DNA of 64,000 bases from an uncultured cyanobacterium (lineage in GTDB: Bacteria > Cyanobacteriota > Cyanobacteriia > Cyanobacteriales > CAWCAG01): positions 896,001 through 960,000 of the forward strand of contig CAWCAG010000005.1 in the NCBI GenBank assembly GCA_963793425.1, read 5' to 3'. The notes under the pieces were generated by a model. The model had not been told where the DNA came from. It searched no databases and was given only the letters and a program-made list of their open reading frames with translations. The position numbers were made by a program, and so were the translations under genes. Positions 61,336 to 64,000 of this stretch are shown here, one piece after another. Positions within the stretch are counted from its first letter, which is position 1. Each line of letters begins with the position of its first letter.

Positions 61336-62325
61336 TCACTTAACAAACTGAGGCATGATCTCGGCTGCGGTAAATAAACCGTGGATACCGCGTCTGTGTA
61401 AAGAAATTCCTGCTTTAAGATAACCAAAAGCTGGACCACAGACATTGGCTGCCATACTAGTTTCATCCCCAAGGGTAAAGGTATGGGTAGAAGTTTTGCC
61501 TTCAAAAGTACGACCTGTGATTTGCACATTGGTACTTAAGGGCTTTTGAGCATTACGAGTATCAACAACACCACCAACGAAGACGCGATCGCGAGGACAA
61601 ATACCAGCTAACTCTAGCATCACATCATCAGCGTGTTCCATATTCTCTAAGCTAAGAATCCCCTCCGTTTTATCTAACAAAGCCTCTACTTCAGCACCAC
61701 TCATAGCCTTAGCCTGTTCTACATCATAGCCTGGTAAATGAGCTATATCTTCTCTGATTGTGGCTCTGTAGGCTTCCCAATTAGCAATCCCCACCCCAAA
61801 GGTTATTTTTACTTGGTGAATTTCTACATAGCTTTGAGCAGCAATAGCTGCTGCTGCGGTTAGCAATCCTGGAGTAGCACCACAACCCGTTAAGTAAGTT
61901 ATTCCGGCTTTGGCTAATTCTTCTTTTAAAGTTAAAATTTGCTCCATAGCGCTAGTGCGTTTGAGAGCATCAACTAGCACTCCTTGCCAGCCAGAATTAA
62001 TAAACTGTTTAGCAACAGATGCCATAAAAGTGTTAGGCAAATTTGGTAAGGCCAGAAAGTATCCTTCTACAGAAGCCTTTGAGAGTAAATCTGCAATACT
62101 ATTATTGCTAAAAGCTCCATAAGGTTCTAAATAGCCAAGAGAGCCCTGAGATTGACAAACCTTAATACAACTATCTGGATCTAAACCTTGAGGGTTATAA
62201 GCGTAGCTTTTGAGGTCTGCGGCTGCTACCCAAGTAAGTTCTTGTTTCGCAGCTAATATTCTCGCCCCAGCTTGCCCCAAGCCACCGAAACCCAAAACCC
62301 CTACTTTAATTTTATCTGCACTCAT
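61336..62325 (-). CDS. bioU: BioU, biotin pathway dehydrogenase-like enzyme replacing BioA
   Basis: GFGGLG NAD-binding motif, [27 protein letters not shown], close to cyanobacterial BioU. Confidence 0.88.
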   Translation of the reverse strand: MSADKIKVGVLGFGGLGQAGARILAAKQELTWVAAADLKSYAYNPQGLDPDSCIKVCQSQGSLGYLEPYGAFSNNSIADLLSKASVEGYFLALPNLPNTFMASVAKQFINSGWQGVLVDALKRTSAMEQILTLKEELAKAGITYLTGCGATPGLLTAAAAIAAQSYVEIHQVKITFGVGIANWEAYRATIREDIAHLPGYDVEQAKAMSGAEVEALLDKTEGILSLENMEHADDVMLELAGICPRDRVFVGGVVDTRNAQKPLSTNVQITGRTFEGKTSTHTFTLGDETSMAANVCGPAFGYLKAGISLHRRGIHGLFTAAEIMPQFVK

Positions 62326-62659
62326 AATTCCTTCTCCCTGCTTGATCTAGATAGACTCTTATTATCTGGCTGCTAGCTCCGTTTTCCCTCAATAAGATCA
62401 GCTTTTTTTAGTAATTGCCCCAAAAATATATTTGTGTATCAATTTGTTAAGACGAAAGAGTTTTCAGGTTAATTCACCTTGACTAATTAGAAAGATTGAG
62501 TGAAACTTACACAAAAAAGGAGTAAAATACTCTGTAATTATTAACTTTTGCTAAACTTTCCTTAGAGTTACAAAGATTTTTGCTTTTTTTGAGTCCAAAG
62601 TAAAAAGCAAAATCATTACCTCATTTGATGAGGCTTACTAACCTATTCAGCCATTAAGC

Positions 62660-62872
62660 ATGGAAACCCTAGAGTTCATTATTTATCCCGATGGTCGGGT
62701 ACAAGAAAAAGTAACTGGTATTGTTGGTTGTTCTTGCAGCGAAGTTACCAAAGCTATTGAAGCGCAACTAGGTCAAGTGATGTCTGTAGAAAAGACATCG
62801 GAGTATTTCACCTCAAAACAAACCATATCAGCCTCACAACACAACTACCAAAAGACTTTCAGCGACTGGTAA
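62660..62872 (+). CDS. DUF2997 family protein
   Basis: LEFIIYPDGRVQEKVTGIVG..C..VT..IE..LG, TSEYF. Confidence 0.88.
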   Translation: METLEFIIYPDGRVQEKVTGIVGCSCSEVTKAIEAQLGQVMSVEKTSEYFTSKQTISASQHNYQKTFSDW

Positions 62873-62915
62873 CTTTTTTTATTTTAGTTTTAAAACCTTA
62901 TATAGCCCCAAAATT

Positions 62916-63302
62916 ATGTCACATTTTAGTAATATCAAAACCCAAATTCGCAATCTTGATTCCTTGAAAGCTGCTTTAACTGACTTAAATATTGACTGGG
63001 AATCCGGTCCTCGTTCTGTGAGAGGATATCAAGGTCAAACCCGCAAAGCTGAAGTTGTAGTTGAGCAGAATAATGACTACGATATCGGTTTTAGCTGGAA
63101 TGGCGAAGAGTATGAAATGGTTGCCGATTTACAGTACTGGCAACAAGATTTATCCGTAGAAGGTTTTCTTAAGCGAATTACCCAAAGTTATGCTTACCAT
63201 ACTGTGGTTAAAGAAACCTCTAACCAAGGATTCCAAGTTGCCCAACAGCAAAAAAATGAAGACGGTTCAATTTGTTTAGTCGTTCAACGCTGGAGTGCGT
63301 AA
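62916..63302 (+). CDS. ycf35: DUF1257 / Ycf35 family protein
   Basis: MSHFS.IKT, VRGYQGQ, DIGF.WNG.EY.MVADLQYW. Confidence 0.88.
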   Translation: MSHFSNIKTQIRNLDSLKAALTDLNIDWESGPRSVRGYQGQTRKAEVVVEQNNDYDIGFSWNGEEYEMVADLQYWQQDLSVEGFLKRITQSYAYHTVVKETSNQGFQVAQQQKNEDGSICLVVQRWSA

Positions 63303-63733
63303 TGTCAGATTTTTCCCAAACACCAGAGCGTTCTGGTTTAGAACCAGAATTGGGAAGCGTATTTCGGGAGGACTTAGAACGTTCTGGTTTAGAGCCAGAG
63401 TTGGGAGGAGAATTACGGCAAAAAGGCGTTTATGTGGATGAGACTACTTGTATTGGTTGCAAGCATTGCGCCCATACTGCCTCTAACACTTTTTATATAG
63501 AAGATAGTTATGGGCGAGCGCGGGTAATTAATCAAAATGGTGATTCAGAGGTTTTAGTTGAAGAAGCCATTGATACTTGTCCAGTTAATTGTATTCACTG
63601 GCTTGATTATAACCAACTAAAGCAGTTGGAAGAGGAGAGGAAATATCAAATAGTTTTACCTTTAGGTTTTCCTCCTGCTCCTTCTACTTTGGTTGCCAAA
63701 AGAAAGCAAAAAGATCAAGACAAAAATCATTAA
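63302..63733 (+). CDS. Ferredoxin (4Fe-4S single cluster, Fed7-like)
   Basis: VYVDE..CIGCKHC and AIDTCPVNCIHW; ATG overlaps the ycf35 stop. Confidence 0.88.
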   Translation: MSDFSQTPERSGLEPELGSVFREDLERSGLEPELGGELRQKGVYVDETTCIGCKHCAHTASNTFYIEDSYGRARVINQNGDSEVLVEEAIDTCPVNCIHWLDYNQLKQLEEERKYQIVLPLGFPPAPSTLVAKRKQKDQDKNH

Positions 63734-64000
63734 GTTGCTAAGTGCTAATGATGAAAGAAAATAGAGAAGAACCAAAAGGCAATGATATTTTTGCTTGTTA
63801 CTTTCCTCATTAAAGCAAGATGAATATCTCACAGTTGGCTCAACTATTTGATTAAATTATGTTCGCTTAAAATTCTTTCTACCCTAGCTTCCTCTACTTT
63901 TGAACTTAGTCTTTCTCCTTCGTGAATATCTCTTTGAGTCTTGGTTAAGCTAATTGTAGAACCTACAGAAAAAGCTAGCCCCATGCCCATAAAGCCTTTT

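Overview
This is a chromosomal window from a cyanobacterium. The evidence is frequent HIP1 octamers (GCGATCGC, roughly 25-30 by eye), nblA, a Tic20-family gene, bioU, dapL, the ycf35 cluster and heptameric STRR-type repeats. Most of it is housekeeping or conserved cyanobacterial genes: serC, rpiA, ftsH, tldD/pmbA, upp, proA, eda, dapL, the grpE-dnaK-dnaJ-tusA-rsgA run divergent from pilB-pilT-pilC, glycosyltransferases, a PAS kinase/NarL regulator pair, and a PEP-CTERM/VIT membrane protein. Non-coding features are tRNA-Gly(TCC), the iron-stress sRNA IsaR1 next to upp, many REP-like palindromes and a dispersed ~29-bp repeat. Decayed fragments are scattered through it (Rpn, Pepco-like gene, higB, xisI, IS630), and tldD carries a 1-bp frameshift. 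The best candidates for something undescribed are (i) an overlapping two-gene cassette, unknown protein plus PIN-fold nuclease, at 3806-5159 that looks like a defence or toxin-antitoxin module, and (ii) a GC-rich structured RNA element between nblA and the universal stress protein gene at about 6250-6330. No CRISPR array, rRNA or intact transposase/integrase was seen. All calls are by eye from motifs; no database searches were run.
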